A stretch of DNA of 64,000 nt from Minisyncoccota bacterium (GTDB lineage Bacteria > Patescibacteriota > Minisyncoccia > Phycocordibacterales > PALSA-1337). The translations under genes were made by a program, and so were the position numbers. The DNA is taken from assembly GCA_036170235.1 (NCBI GenBank), contig JAVHOW010000016.1, positions 5,511 to 69,510 on the forward strand. The letters run 5' to 3'. Shown here piece by piece: positions 1 to 9,674 of the stretch (position 1 is its first letter; every line of letters begins with the position of its first letter). Under the pieces are notes generated by a model. The model did no database searches, was not told where the DNA came from, and was given only the letters and a program-made list of their open reading frames with translations.

Positions 1-1142
1 TTCTTGGCCATTCTTCAAAAGCTGGGGCTGGAATAATAAATGTTTCCAATGGTATAGAAGAGGCCGATGCCTCTGCCGCATGGACAGTTGCTGGAATAGC
101 TCAAGGTGTTGCATGGACTAATCTAAATAATCAATATCTTAACAGCTGTACGGATATCAGCAGCCTTACACCAGCCGCTTTAGAGGGAGTTGTTATCAAT
201 GGAGGTGCACCAGGAACGTTCCCGCCAGGCTGTTATTGGAGTTCTGGTCCGATGGGCATAACCGCTAGCGGTATTGTGACTTTAAGTGGCGCTGGGACCC
301 ACCTCTTCAGGCCAGGTGGAGCGCTTACTACTGGTGCCAACTCACAGGTTAATTTAACTGGTGCAGGGGCATCAGCTTGTGACGTGTTCTGGATTCCAAT
401 AGCGGCGACAACTCTCGGTGCCAACTCTATATTCACAGGAACTGACATTGATGCTTCGGGTATTACTATCGGTGATACCGTAGCTTGGTCTGGTAGAGCC
501 TTGGCCTACGGTGGAACCATCACTTCCAATGGAGGAATTGCTACCGTAAATACCATCACCGTGCCGACATGTACTAATCCCGCATCGCTCACTGTTACCA
601 AGACGGTTATTAATGATGGCGGTGGAACCAAAGTTGTCGCTGACTTCCCGCTGTCAGTCGACGCGACATTGGTCACTTCCGGCGTGCTCAATAACTTTCA
701 AGCTGGTACGTATGTGATAACCGAAACCACAAATTCCAACTATAACCAAACATTCTCTGGTAGTTGCATCGGCGGTAACATCACTATTGTCTCCGGTCAA
801 GACTATGCCTGCACCATCACCAACACTTATGTGCCACCGCCAGTCTCATCTAGTAGTTCGGGTGGGGGCACGCACTATGGCTGTAAAGATCCAAACGCTT
901 CAAATTATGAGTATTTTGCATCAAGTAATCCTGCATTGTGTGTATATACCAATGCGGTAATCTCTCCTATTGTTGTCGCTACTACTACAATTAACACTAC
1001 AGTCTTCGTTCCAAAACTTCCAAACACAGGATTTCCTCCTGAAAGGAAAAGTATTCTGTGGGATGATATAGCCATCTTGGCTGGTACTTTAATGTTGGTT
1101 TCAATCTCGCTTGTTATGTTTTTTAAAAAAATCAAGATATAG
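1..1142 (+). CDS. Ice-binding-like (DUF3494) surface protein with C-terminal LPNTG sorting signal, 5'-truncated by the window
   Basis: Frame is open from position 3; GTFPPGCY...GALTTGANSQV...ACDVFW...ATTLGANS.F.G..I...GIT.G....W.GRALA matches the DUF3494 pattern; ends LPNTG + hydrophobic helix + KKIK. Confidence 0.8.
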   Translation, partial: LGHSSKAGAGIINVSNGIEEADASAAWTVAGIAQGVAWTNLNNQYLNSCTDISSLTPAALEGVVINGGAPGTFPPGCYWSSGPMGITASGIVTLSGAGTHLFRPGGALTTGANSQVNLTGAGASACDVFWIPIAATTLGANSIFTGTDIDASGITIGDTVAWSGRALAYGGTITSNGGIATVNTITVPTCTNPASLTVTKTVINDGGGTKVVADFPLSVDATLVTSGVLNNFQAGTYVITETTNSNYNQTFSGSCIGGNITIVSGQDYACTITNTYVPPPVSSSSSGGGTHYGCKDPNASNYEYFASSNPALCVYTNAVISPIVVATTTINTTVFVPKLPNTGFPPERKSILWDDIAILAGTLMLVSISLVMFFKKIKI

Positions 1143-1161
1143 TCTAATATGCTCTGCTATT

Positions 1162-1971
1162 ATGAAAAACTATAAACACTCCACAACGATTCTTCCTAAC
1201 ATATTCTTTATTTTGTTGTCATTCGTTTTGGGTGCAACTCCAGTATTCGCGCACAGAAGTCCAGATACTTGTACCGGTAGTGGTTTACAAATCAGTCTTT
1301 ATACGAACCTTACAGAGGTTCATATCGGAGATCTTATTTCTTATAGTGTAGATGTGTATAATGGTCTTAAAATTGGACCCGTTGTTTGTGATGCTACCGA
1401 TATTACAGCTTCTATCGTCACACCTGATGGTCAAAATCATCCTATTACACTCCTACGGACGACACTTTTAAATGGACAAGTCGATTCGTACACAAATGTT
1501 GTAACCTATACCGCACGAACTCAAGATGTTAAAACTGATGGCACGCTGACGGCGACTGCAGTTGATACAGGTAAGATTCATCAAAATGATACTGATAGTG
1601 ATGGAGGTGCTAATCAAGGTGTAAATACCACAGTATTAACTAACACTCCTCCAGTGGTTGTTTCTCCACCAGTAATCCCTACAAGTCCTTCAGGTGGTGG
1701 TGGCTGTGCATATGGTTATAACTTTCAGTTAAATAGATGTAATTACACCCCAGTTATACCACCTCCTGTTACACCACCTCCTGTAATCATCACACAAAAT
1801 ATTCTACCAAATACTCCTATGGTTCTTGGAGCTTCAGATACGAAATTTCCAAATGCTGGCTTTGGTCCGGATGAAAGGTCATTTCCATTTGGAATAGTTC
1901 TCTTTGTTGGAGTTTTGACGTTATTTGCGGCAACTAGCAAGACATATATGTATGTCATCAACAAAAAATAG
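1162..1971 (+). CDS. Secreted Ig-like/Pro-rich protein with FPNAG sortase-type signal
   Basis: Signal peptide ending PVFA, Thr-rich beta domain, Pro-rich linker, FPNAG + TM helix; ATG at 1162. Confidence 0.7.
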   Translation: MKNYKHSTTILPNIFFILLSFVLGATPVFAHRSPDTCTGSGLQISLYTNLTEVHIGDLISYSVDVYNGLKIGPVVCDATDITASIVTPDGQNHPITLLRTTLLNGQVDSYTNVVTYTARTQDVKTDGTLTATAVDTGKIHQNDTDSDGGANQGVNTTVLTNTPPVVVSPPVIPTSPSGGGGCAYGYNFQLNRCNYTPVIPPPVTPPPVIITQNILPNTPMVLGASDTKFPNAGFGPDERSFPFGIVLFVGVLTLFAATSKTYMYVINKK

Positions 1972-2557
1972 TTGGTTATTATCAGCATTTATGGTAGGTA
2001 TATTTATATTCCTGTATCTTTTGCTTACCAACGCCAATAGTACTACACAAACTATCCAAGTTGCTGTGCAAACTACCGCATTAGCACAAAAATATACACA
2101 GATCAAAAAAGAGATTGTGACAACATTTCCAGTTCGTCTCATAATTCCTACAATCAGTGTTGATGCGGAGGTTGAGAGTGTGGGACTTACAATCGAAGGA
2201 GCTATGGACGCTCCAAAAGGTCCTCAACATGTGGGGTGGTTAAATATCAGTCCTAATCCTGGAGATAATGGAAATTCCGTCATTGATGGACATCGTGGTT
2301 GGAAAAATAATATCTCGGCAGTTTTTGATCGTCTGCATGAATTACGTATAGGAGATCAAATATATGTAAAAGATAATAATGAAGTTTCTACTTTATTTAT
2401 AGTTCGGAAAATTAGAACCTATGCCCAAGGAGAGGATGCTGAAGAAGTTTTTAGAGCAAGCACCGGGGTGCATCTCAATCTGATTACTTGTGATGGTAAT
2501 TGGGATGTTAGTAAAAAAAGTTATACCAAACGGCTGGTTGTGTTTGCTGATAGATAA
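1952..2557 (+). CDS. Class F sortase
   Basis: N-terminal TM; PG..GNSVIDGH, LNLITC, KRLVVFA give the His/Cys/Arg triad. Confidence 0.88.
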   Translation: MSSTKNSWLLSAFMVGIFIFLYLLLTNANSTTQTIQVAVQTTALAQKYTQIKKEIVTTFPVRLIIPTISVDAEVESVGLTIEGAMDAPKGPQHVGWLNISPNPGDNGNSVIDGHRGWKNNISAVFDRLHELRIGDQIYVKDNNEVSTLFIVRKIRTYAQGEDAEEVFRASTGVHLNLITCDGNWDVSKKSYTKRLVVFADR

Positions 2558-2736
2558 ATTAGCATGTCAAAAAAATAAGAGTAAGCGAATTATGCTAGTT
2601 GGTTATATAAGTTCACATTACTAATAAATACGCTGTAATATCTTTGTCCTTGGAACGGCAGATATTATGAGGGTAGTAAATGGCAGGTCGAGCGTTTATA
2701 TTTTACCAACTACATTAATTATAATTATAAAATACT

Positions 2737-3402
2737 ATGACTAATAACATAAGTTTTTCGAAAGTTTCTTCTAGTGTGCTTCTTGGGGTGGGTTTACTAA
2801 TTATGACCGTGCTAGTTATGGCGGCACCTTCATCCGCTAAGGCAGATACATTGTATCGCCAACTTCAAGTTGGTATGTCAGGATCAGACGTAGGTTCACT
2901 TCAAACATTTCTCGCGCAAGATAGGACTTTATATCCACAAGGATTGGTGACAAATTACTTCGGTTTTCTTACAAAGTCAGCCGTTGCAAACTTCCAATCA
3001 CGTAATGGTATTCCTGCAGTCGGTCGCGTTGGACCAGCTACGCTTCCAGTTCTGAATGCTCAGATGGCAGGCGGGATTAGTAGTGGTGGAGATATCTATG
3101 CTCCAGAAATCTACAGTGTCAATACTGGCGTAAGCAATAATTCAGCCACGGTTTCTTGGGCAACGAATGAGCCTGCTCGTGGTGTTATGTATTACAGTAA
3201 TACTCCGCTCATGGCTTCTGAAACTCTAACGGCTGTTACTATTAGTGGTTCTACTGCTTTATCTGACTCAACGCTTCGTTCTTCACAAAGCATTGGTATC
3301 TCTGGATTGCAGTCGAATACGACATACTACTACATGGCCTATTCTACGGACGCTACAGGCAATGTTAGTGTGACATGGCCAGCAACATTCCATACTAACT
3401 AG
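2737..3402 (+). CDS. Secreted peptidoglycan-binding + FN3-like domain protein
   Basis: Signal peptide; L..GMSGSDV..LQ.FL...YFG.LT..AV..FQ...G.VGP.T (PG_binding_1); GL..NTTYYY..STD..GN. Confidence 0.8.
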   Translation: MTNNISFSKVSSSVLLGVGLLIMTVLVMAAPSSAKADTLYRQLQVGMSGSDVGSLQTFLAQDRTLYPQGLVTNYFGFLTKSAVANFQSRNGIPAVGRVGPATLPVLNAQMAGGISSGGDIYAPEIYSVNTGVSNNSATVSWATNEPARGVMYYSNTPLMASETLTAVTISGSTALSDSTLRSSQSIGISGLQSNTTYYYMAYSTDATGNVSVTWPATFHTN

Positions 3403-3426
3403 TCGCTAGTAGTGTGAAAATGAGTG

Positions 3427-3465
3427 AACAAAAAAATCACCGTTTATGACGGTGATTTTTTTGTT
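3427..3465. terminator. Bidirectional intrinsic terminator
   Basis: A-tract ATCACCGT-loop-ACGGTGAT T-tract between convergent genes. Confidence 0.8.
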
Positions 3466-3530
3466 GTGCCGGCTGGGACAATGTTTGGAACTTTTTTAGC
3501 TTGTAATATGGCTAAATAAGAAATACCTAG

Positions 3531-4073
3531 TCAAAAACTCATCTCGTACCAGTTTAGTTTATATATATCTTGAATCAATATTCTTTCACCCGTTGCCCAT
3601 GTCCTGTTCTTTTCCAGTCCAAGAAGCCCAATAGCTTTTCTAACACTCATTTCGCTTGAACCTTCAATTTCAAGAAACGCCGGCATCCCGGGGTATTGAT
3701 CTATGTCAAACGTCCAATCCTTTAATGAGAATGTTGTACGAATTTTTTCTTGATGTGCATACTTCTCGAGCCCAATTTCTTGGAATAAATCTGATAACTG
3801 TTCTGGTGTAGCAATGTTAAAGTTGATTTCTTTATGTTTTCTAACACCACCTGTAATGTTTGATTTCGCTTTCCATGTGACCTCATGCTTTCCTTCAGAA
3901 TTTGATCTTATCCGTAGAAACCAAAGATCCTCGCCTTCCTTCGTACCAATTGGTCTATACCAATCAACTATTAAGGTAGTTTTCTGTATCTTTTTTGCCT
4001 TCAATAAAATAAGTGACTTAATAATTTTTTTCTCATCAATATCCAGCACTTTTGTTTCGATTTCGAATGCCAT
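3531..4073 (-). CDS. CYTH-domain protein (class IV adenylate cyclase-like)
   Basis: EIETK N-terminal motif, LRIR, EK.R, DID..PG...FLEIEG. Confidence 0.85.
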   Translation of the reverse strand: MAFEIETKVLDIDEKKIIKSLILLKAKKIQKTTLIVDWYRPIGTKEGEDLWFLRIRSNSEGKHEVTWKAKSNITGGVRKHKEINFNIATPEQLSDLFQEIGLEKYAHQEKIRTTFSLKDWTFDIDQYPGMPAFLEIEGSSEMSVRKAIGLLGLEKNRTWATGERILIQDIYKLNWYEMSF

Positions 4074-4095
4074 AAAAGTTTAGTTGATTAAAGAA

Positions 4096-4494
4096 TTATT
4101 TTCTTGCTGTCAATTCAATCTCTTCTTTTAGGAGGTCGAATTTTACTATGAATTTATCGAAGAAACCTTTTTGTCCTGCTAGTCCATAAGGTACAATATT
4201 TCCTCCAACTGAAGGCATAAATCCACCCTTAATATCGTATGATATATTACCGACTTTCAACGTAACTGGATGGACATAATACAAAGAAACTTTTCCTCCT
4301 ACACCAAACGCTTCTTTAATTTCACTGTTACTTCTATTTATACCAATATCTTCCCCAATTTCTGAGTCAAAAAAGCAGTGATCAGCACCGGAATCAACCA
4401 ATACTTCATAATCGGTAAACTTACCTTTATTTATTAGTTGCACTGATATAACAGGACGCAAAGCGTCCCCATATGCTTTATACTTGAACTTCAT
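4096..4494 (-). CDS. Retropepsin-like aspartyl protease
   Basis: RP.I.V, LVDSGAD, GVGG, GLAG..GFF motifs. Confidence 0.8.
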   Translation of the reverse strand: MKFKYKAYGDALRPVISVQLINKGKFTDYEVLVDSGADHCFFDSEIGEDIGINRSNSEIKEAFGVGGKVSLYYVHPVTLKVGNISYDIKGGFMPSVGGNIVPYGLAGQKGFFDKFIVKFDLLKEEIELTARK

Positions 4495-4694
4495 AATAAG
4501 GCACCGCCAATAAAAGCTGATAAATTTGAAGGCATACGTGTAAAAATAGGGTGAGGATGACCATTCTTCAAGGCGCGGGCACGTGCTTCTTTCAATGTTT
4601 TACCGTATCCTACCACAGTTATTTCGTCTTTGAGTAAAGCTACCCAAAGTCCTTTATATTTTTTGTAGATTTGAGTCCAGTTGATTGCTGACAT
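4491..4694 (-). CDS. DUF5678-like small protein
   Basis: KYKGLWVAL....VVG.GKTLKEA...A...G pattern; stop overlaps the protease start. Confidence 0.7.
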   Translation of the reverse strand: MSAINWTQIYKKYKGLWVALLKDEITVVGYGKTLKEARARALKNGHPHPIFTRMPSNLSAFIGGALL

Positions 4695-4700
4695 ATCATA

Positions 4701-4740
4701 ATTTTAGCAACAAAAAGTACTTCGTCAATATTGACGAAGT
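4701..4740 (-). promoter_or_regulatory. Sigma70 promoter with a perfect 22-bp palindrome over the -35
   Basis: Minus strand TTGACG (4723-4728), 16 nt, TAAAAT (4701-4706), ATG 6 nt later; palindrome ACTTCGTCAATATTGACGAAGT at 4719-4740. Confidence 0.65.
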
Positions 4741-4935
4741 TATTCTCCAGTACTCTAATAAAGTTTTTGGTGCCCGGGGTGCCTAGTAGGTCAATCTGCT
4801 GATTGAGGAATCTTTCCTTACAGGAACTGTACAGGCTTCACATTTTTTCGAATTCGACAAGCTCATTCTCAAAAATATGTTCAGCCTTTTCGATTCCCAC
4901 ACGTGAGTCGCGCAGGCGACTCACTCCCGAGCCAC

Positions 4936-4965
4936 AAAAAAATCCGCAAAGAAGCGGATTTTTTT
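4936..4965 (-). terminator. Terminator downstream of tRNA-Leu
   Basis: AAAAAAATCCGC-loop-GCGGATTTTTTT. Confidence 0.75.
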
Positions 4966-4968
4966 CTG

Positions 4969-5052
4969 TGCCCGGGGTGGGAATCGAACCCACACAGCCT
5001 TTCGGCTACAAAATTTTAAGTCTTGCGTGTATACCAATTTCACCACCCGGGC
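4969..5052 (-). tRNA. tRNA-Leu (UAA)
   Basis: GCCCGGG acceptor, CAAGA-CTTAAAA-TTTTG anticodon arm, long variable arm, GGTTCGATTCC. Confidence 0.93.
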
Positions 5053-5154
5053 GGGTTAGTTATAAGTTTACAATTATCAGTCATTAATTACTATTCAAAG
5101 CGCACGGTGTTTTGACTTTTGACTAATAACTAATAATTGCAAACTAATAACTTG

Positions 5155-5226
5155 AGGCCACGGCGAGAATCGAACTCGCGTATAGCTCTTTTGCAGAGAG
5201 CCGAATTACCACTTTTCTACGTGGCC
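5155..5226 (-). tRNA. tRNA-Cys (GCA)
   Basis: GGCCACG/CGTGGCC acceptor, GCTCT-CTGCAAA-AGAGC, GTTCGATT, U73. Confidence 0.93.
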
Positions 5227-5276
5227 ACCTCACTATACTAGCACGTTACTTTACAGACTTTAAGGACTTTATGACT

Positions 5277-5603
5277 TTACAGACTCTTCTCGATTTCGTC
5301 TATCTTTTGCCTGTTTTTCTCACCGATATCGATTGCGACTTCAAAGAATGGAATGCGTCCAATACGAGATTTTTCCATGACATACTGACGAAAATCGGTA
5401 AGCTGACGATGGGCGAATTCGAGTGCGGATGCTTCAGCGTTTTCAGGTAGAACTGTCATCAGAATGCGCGCCTTGCCACCTCTACTGAATATTTCAACAC
5501 CTGTAATCGTGATCAATGATTGCCTGTTTGACTCGCGTGAAAAATACTCGGCAGCGAGCTCGCGAATCATTTCTTTTAGTTTGTCGTCTTTTTGAGCGGT
5601 CAT
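5277..5603 (-). CDS. rbfA: Ribosome-binding factor A
   Basis: ITITGV, RIP.F...D.G motifs; directly downstream of infB. Confidence 0.88.
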   Translation of the reverse strand: MTAQKDDKLKEMIRELAAEYFSRESNRQSLITITGVEIFSRGGKARILMTVLPENAEASALEFAHRQLTDFRQYVMEKSRIGRIPFFEVAIDIGEKNRQKIDEIEKSL

Positions 5604-5616
5604 AAAATATATAATA

Positions 5617-7167
5617 TTAAACCTTCTCCACCGTCCTTATCGCTTCTATTCTATCTCCTGGCGCGACTTCAACTTTGGCATCTAATAACATACCAAACTC
5701 GAATCCTTCACGGACTTCATCCGTAGTTTTCTTTGCCTGCTGGAGTCCGCGTATTTTACCACGACCAATCTCGGCCTCACGACGCATGATACGTACTTCA
5801 TTTCCAGTAAAAATAGAGCCAGTTTCAACTTTGCCACCAACTACTTGCTTATCTTTTTCTTTTGAGAATAAAGCCATGATTTTGGCGCGGCCGGTCATTT
5901 CCTCGACATATTCTTTTGGAACTTTTGCCATGAGCGCGTCTTTGACATATTGCGTGAGTTCGTAAATTATACTGAAGTTTTTGACCGAAAGAGGAATCGC
6001 CGAACGTTCAATCATACTTTCAGCGCCTTTTTCCGGTGCGGCGTTGAAACCAATCAGAAGAATAGTTGGATCGCCGAGCGCTGTCTTCACATCATTTTCA
6101 TTTATGTCACCAATTCCTTCAGAGACAATTTTTAACTGGACTTTGTCATGTGTAACTTTTGCCAATTCATGCTTGACGCCATCGAGACTACCTATGACGT
6201 CGGCTTTAATAATGATTGGGACAATAACAATTGCCGGCTCTTCTTTTCCTGTCTTAGTTTTTTCGGTGATAGTAGAAACAGTTCTCATTTCATGTTCGTA
6301 TGCTTCTACCATTTTCTCCGCCCCTTTTTTGCTTGTTGTAGTCACAAAATCAATTCCACATGCCGGCATAGTATTCCAACCGAGAATTTTGATCGGCATT
6401 GCGGCAGTAGCAATCTCCACTTTTTCTCCTTTGAAATTTTCAATGAAACGAACTGGCGTGAATGCGTTGCCGGCAACCACAAATTCTCCTAGTTTTAGCG
6501 AACCATTTTTCAGAAGTAATGTCGCGGAAATACCTTTGCGCGTATCAAGTGTTGACTCAATGACACTGCCGGTTGCATTCAAACCTAAGTCAGCTTTTAG
6601 GTCAGCCAATTCTGTTACAAGCAGGAGCATGTCGAGTAGTTCAGGAACACCTTTGCCAGTCACTGCCGAAACTTCAACGCAAGGAACATCGCCACCCCAA
6701 CCTTCGACGTATATTTCATTTTCACCGAGACTTTGTTTGGCGCGTTCAATGTTCGCGTTCGGTTTGTCGATCTTGGTGATAGCAACGATGTAAGGGATTT
6801 TGGAATTTTTAATAATTTTGTAAGCTTCAACGGTCTGTGGTTTTACTCCATCTTCGGCAGATACGGCAAGAATTGCGACATCAGCAACCTGCGCGCCACG
6901 TTCGCGGATACCGCAGAAGGCTTCGTGACCAGGCGTGTCCAAGAAAGTCAGCATAGTTTTTTTGCCTTCAGGTGAAGTGTGTTCAACTTGGTACGCTCCC
7001 ATGTGCTGGGTTATACCGCCAGCCTCGCCAGCAACAATGTTGGTTTTGCGGATATAGTCGAGCAAAGTCGATTTGCCATGGTCAATATGCCCCATGACTA
7101 CAATCACAGGAGGACGCTCTGTATGCGAGGCCGTGACGATCAGGTTTTTATGATGTTTGGTAGGCAT
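5617..7167 (-). CDS. infB: Translation initiation factor IF-2 (short form)
   Basis: RPPVIVVMGHIDHGKSTLLD, DTPGHEAF; likely ATG at 7167. Confidence 0.96.
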   Translation of the reverse strand: MPTKHHKNLIVTASHTERPPVIVVMGHIDHGKSTLLDYIRKTNIVAGEAGGITQHMGAYQVEHTSPEGKKTMLTFLDTPGHEAFCGIRERGAQVADVAILAVSAEDGVKPQTVEAYKIIKNSKIPYIVAITKIDKPNANIERAKQSLGENEIYVEGWGGDVPCVEVSAVTGKGVPELLDMLLLVTELADLKADLGLNATGSVIESTLDTRKGISATLLLKNGSLKLGEFVVAGNAFTPVRFIENFKGEKVEIATAAMPIKILGWNTMPACGIDFVTTTSKKGAEKMVEAYEHEMRTVSTITEKTKTGKEEPAIVIVPIIIKADVIGSLDGVKHELAKVTHDKVQLKIVSEGIGDINENDVKTALGDPTILLIGFNAAPEKGAESMIERSAIPLSVKNFSIIYELTQYVKDALMAKVPKEYVEEMTGRAKIMALFSKEKDKQVVGGKVETGSIFTGNEVRIMRREAEIGRGKIRGLQQAKKTTDEVREGFEFGMLLDAKVEVAPGDRIEAIRTVEKV

Positions 7168-7351
7168 GGTAGTAGTAAATCGGCGCGATGCGCGCTTGCA
7201 CATTAGAGAATAGAGTGTAGCAGAAATGATGAAGTTTGACAATCACTATTTCTATATGGTGATGTCATGAGTCATTATGTATTTTATTTCTATCTACAAG
7301 GATTTATTGTCTAAAAATGTTCCGCGCGCTATAGTAAACAAATCTAACTTT

Positions 7352-9604
7352 ATGCCTAAAACACCATTCACCCTCGCAACGCCATTCGAGCCTGCTGGCG
7401 ACCAGCCGAAGGCAATTTCCGCATTGACGGATGGTCTCGCTAAAGGTTTTGACCGCCAGACATTGCTTGGGGTGACTGGGTCCGGTAAAACCTTCACCGC
7501 TGCAAATGTCATAGCTCAATATGGCAAACCTACGCTCATAATTGCTCACAACAAAACATTGGCTGCCCAACTCGCGCAAGAGTATCGAGAATTTTTTCCA
7601 AATAACGCCGTGCATTATTTTGTTTCTTATTATGACTACTATCAGCCAGAAGCATATATTCCGTCGAGTGATACTTATATCGAAAAAGAGGCGATGATAA
7701 ATGAAGAGATCGAACGTCTGCGCCACGCTTCGACGCAAGCACTTTTGACGCGCAAGGATGTCATCATTGTGGCGTCAGTTTCCTGTATTTATGGTTTGGG
7801 CAGTCCAGAAGAATATGAAAAAGTTAATTTGAAATTGAAAGTCGGCATGGAACTTTCGCGCGCGGAACTTATTCGCAAATTGATTGACATCCATTTCGAG
7901 CGCACGACTGCTGATCTTACGTCTGGTCAATTTCGCGCTATTGGAAACACTGTGGAAATCATGCCAGTGAACGAGAAGACTATTTATCGGTTGGAATACG
8001 GAGGTGACACCTCCGGAGGTAGCACCTCGATTGCCACTATTACTGAACTGGATCCTGTTTCAAGATCGGTTCGTAATGGTAGCTTAGGGACTTCCTCGCC
8101 AGCATTACTTGAACCACGGACTATTTTCATTTTTCCAGCAAAGCATTTCATTTCTAGTGATGAACAAAGTGCGCGTGCTTACAAAACTATTCAAGCAGAA
8201 TTGACAGATCGACTCAAGGTTCTGGAGAAATCAGGAAAATTGTTGGAAGCAGAGCGTTTGAAGCGTCGGGTCAAATACGATCTTTCTATGATTAAAGAAA
8301 TTGGTTACACAAACGGTATCGAAAATTACTCTCGTCATTTTTCTGGAAAAATGCCAGGCGAGCCACCGGATTCTCTGCTTTCATATTTTCCATCGACTAC
8401 GCTCGGGACAGGTCCGAATGCCAAGAAAGTTCCTGATTTTCTGACTATTATTGATGAGTCTCACGTTACAATTCCACAATTGAATGGAATGTATGCTGGA
8501 GATTTTTCGCGTAAGGACACATTAGTCGAACACGGTTTCAGATTACCATCTGCAAAAGATAATAGGCCGTTAAAGTTTGCTGAATTTCTGGAGCGCGTTG
8601 GTCCGATAATTTATACTTCGGCAACGCCGGGAAAATATGAGGCAGAGACAAACAGCCAGGTTGTTGAGCAAGTCATCCGTCCGACGGGTCTCGTCGACCC
8701 GGTCGTGGAGATACGACCTATAAGGGAGTCGTCACATGTTCGTACGGAGCGACTTTCGGAGCGAGCGAAGGCGAGTGAGAAGGAGGTGTCGGCTGAGCAC
8801 AGCCGAACACCGTTCGCGGAGGGCGAACATGTGACGACTCCCTACATGGGTCAAATCTTTGACTTCATCGCCGAAGCTGAAAAAACTATTGCAAAAGGCG
8901 ACCGCGTGCTCGCTACCACATTAACCAAAAAAATGGCCGAAGACCTGTCCGAATTCCTTAAGGAAAAAAATATCAAAGCCTCCTATTTGCACAGTGACGT
9001 CAAGACTATCGAGCGCATAAATATTCTGACTGATTTTCGCAAAGGGAAGTACGATATTCTGGTTGGCGTTAACTTGCTTCGTGAAGGTCTGGATCTGCCA
9101 GAAGTTTCTCTCATAGGCATTCTCGACGCTGACAAAGAAGGTTTCCTCCGTTCCGAAACCGCGCTAATTCAAACTATCGGTCGCGCCGCTCGTAACGCCG
9201 CTGGTAAAGTGATTCTCTACGCCGACAATCTCACTGGTTCAATGGATCGCGCTATCAAGGAGACTAACCGTCGTCGCGCTATCCAGGTGGCATATAATAC
9301 CAAACATGGCATTACCCCGCAGACTATTATCAAAGCCATCCACGACATCACTGATCAGTTGCGCACCAAACATGACAAAGCCGTCAACGAGCTCGTCAAG
9401 ATTGATGAAGAACTGGCTCGCACCAATCCGAAGTTGTTGATGAAACAAAAGCAAGCGGCCATGGAGGAGGCGGTCAAGATGTTGGATTTCGAGACCGCGG
9501 CGTTGGTGAGGGATGAACTTATTGCGATTGAAGAGAAGTGGGGGAGGGAGAAAAAAGCGGTGGCGAAGAAGTTGAAGGAGGAGGGGAGGAAAACTAAAAT
9601 CTAG
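7352..9604 (+). CDS. uvrB: Excinuclease ABC subunit B with several in-frame palindromic insertions
   Basis: GVTGSGKT, YYDYYQPEAY, DESH, QTIGRAARN. Confidence 0.97.
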   Translation: MPKTPFTLATPFEPAGDQPKAISALTDGLAKGFDRQTLLGVTGSGKTFTAANVIAQYGKPTLIIAHNKTLAAQLAQEYREFFPNNAVHYFVSYYDYYQPEAYIPSSDTYIEKEAMINEEIERLRHASTQALLTRKDVIIVASVSCIYGLGSPEEYEKVNLKLKVGMELSRAELIRKLIDIHFERTTADLTSGQFRAIGNTVEIMPVNEKTIYRLEYGGDTSGGSTSIATITELDPVSRSVRNGSLGTSSPALLEPRTIFIFPAKHFISSDEQSARAYKTIQAELTDRLKVLEKSGKLLEAERLKRRVKYDLSMIKEIGYTNGIENYSRHFSGKMPGEPPDSLLSYFPSTTLGTGPNAKKVPDFLTIIDESHVTIPQLNGMYAGDFSRKDTLVEHGFRLPSAKDNRPLKFAEFLERVGPIIYTSATPGKYEAETNSQVVEQVIRPTGLVDPVVEIRPIRESSHVRTERLSERAKASEKEVSAEHSRTPFAEGEHVTTPYMGQIFDFIAEAEKTIAKGDRVLATTLTKKMAEDLSEFLKEKNIKASYLHSDVKTIERINILTDFRKGKYDILVGVNLLREGLDLPEVSLIGILDADKEGFLRSETALIQTIGRAARNAAGKVILYADNLTGSMDRAIKETNRRRAIQVAYNTKHGITPQTIIKAIHDITDQLRTKHDKAVNELVKIDEELARTNPKLLMKQKQAAMEEAVKMLDFETAALVRDELIAIEEKWGREKKAVAKKLKEEGRKTKI
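8723..8843. mobile_element. 121-bp palindromic element in uvrB
   Basis: Perfect 20-bp inverted termini AGGGAGTCGTCACATGTTCG; core homologous to the uvrA element. Confidence 0.85.
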
Positions 9605-9674
9605 TTGTAATCAACAGATTGTTCACATTTAGGGAGATGTTGTATTGTCAATTACAGCGTGATAGTATTTGGAT

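Noticed and set aside
4803-5087. 94-aa plus-strand ORF
   Set aside because: Antisense to tRNA-Leu and a terminator
5675-7206. Long antisense or alternate-frame ORFs over infB, uvrA, gyrA, tuf and ribosomal genes
   Set aside because: Shadow ORFs of well-supported genes with no independent motifs
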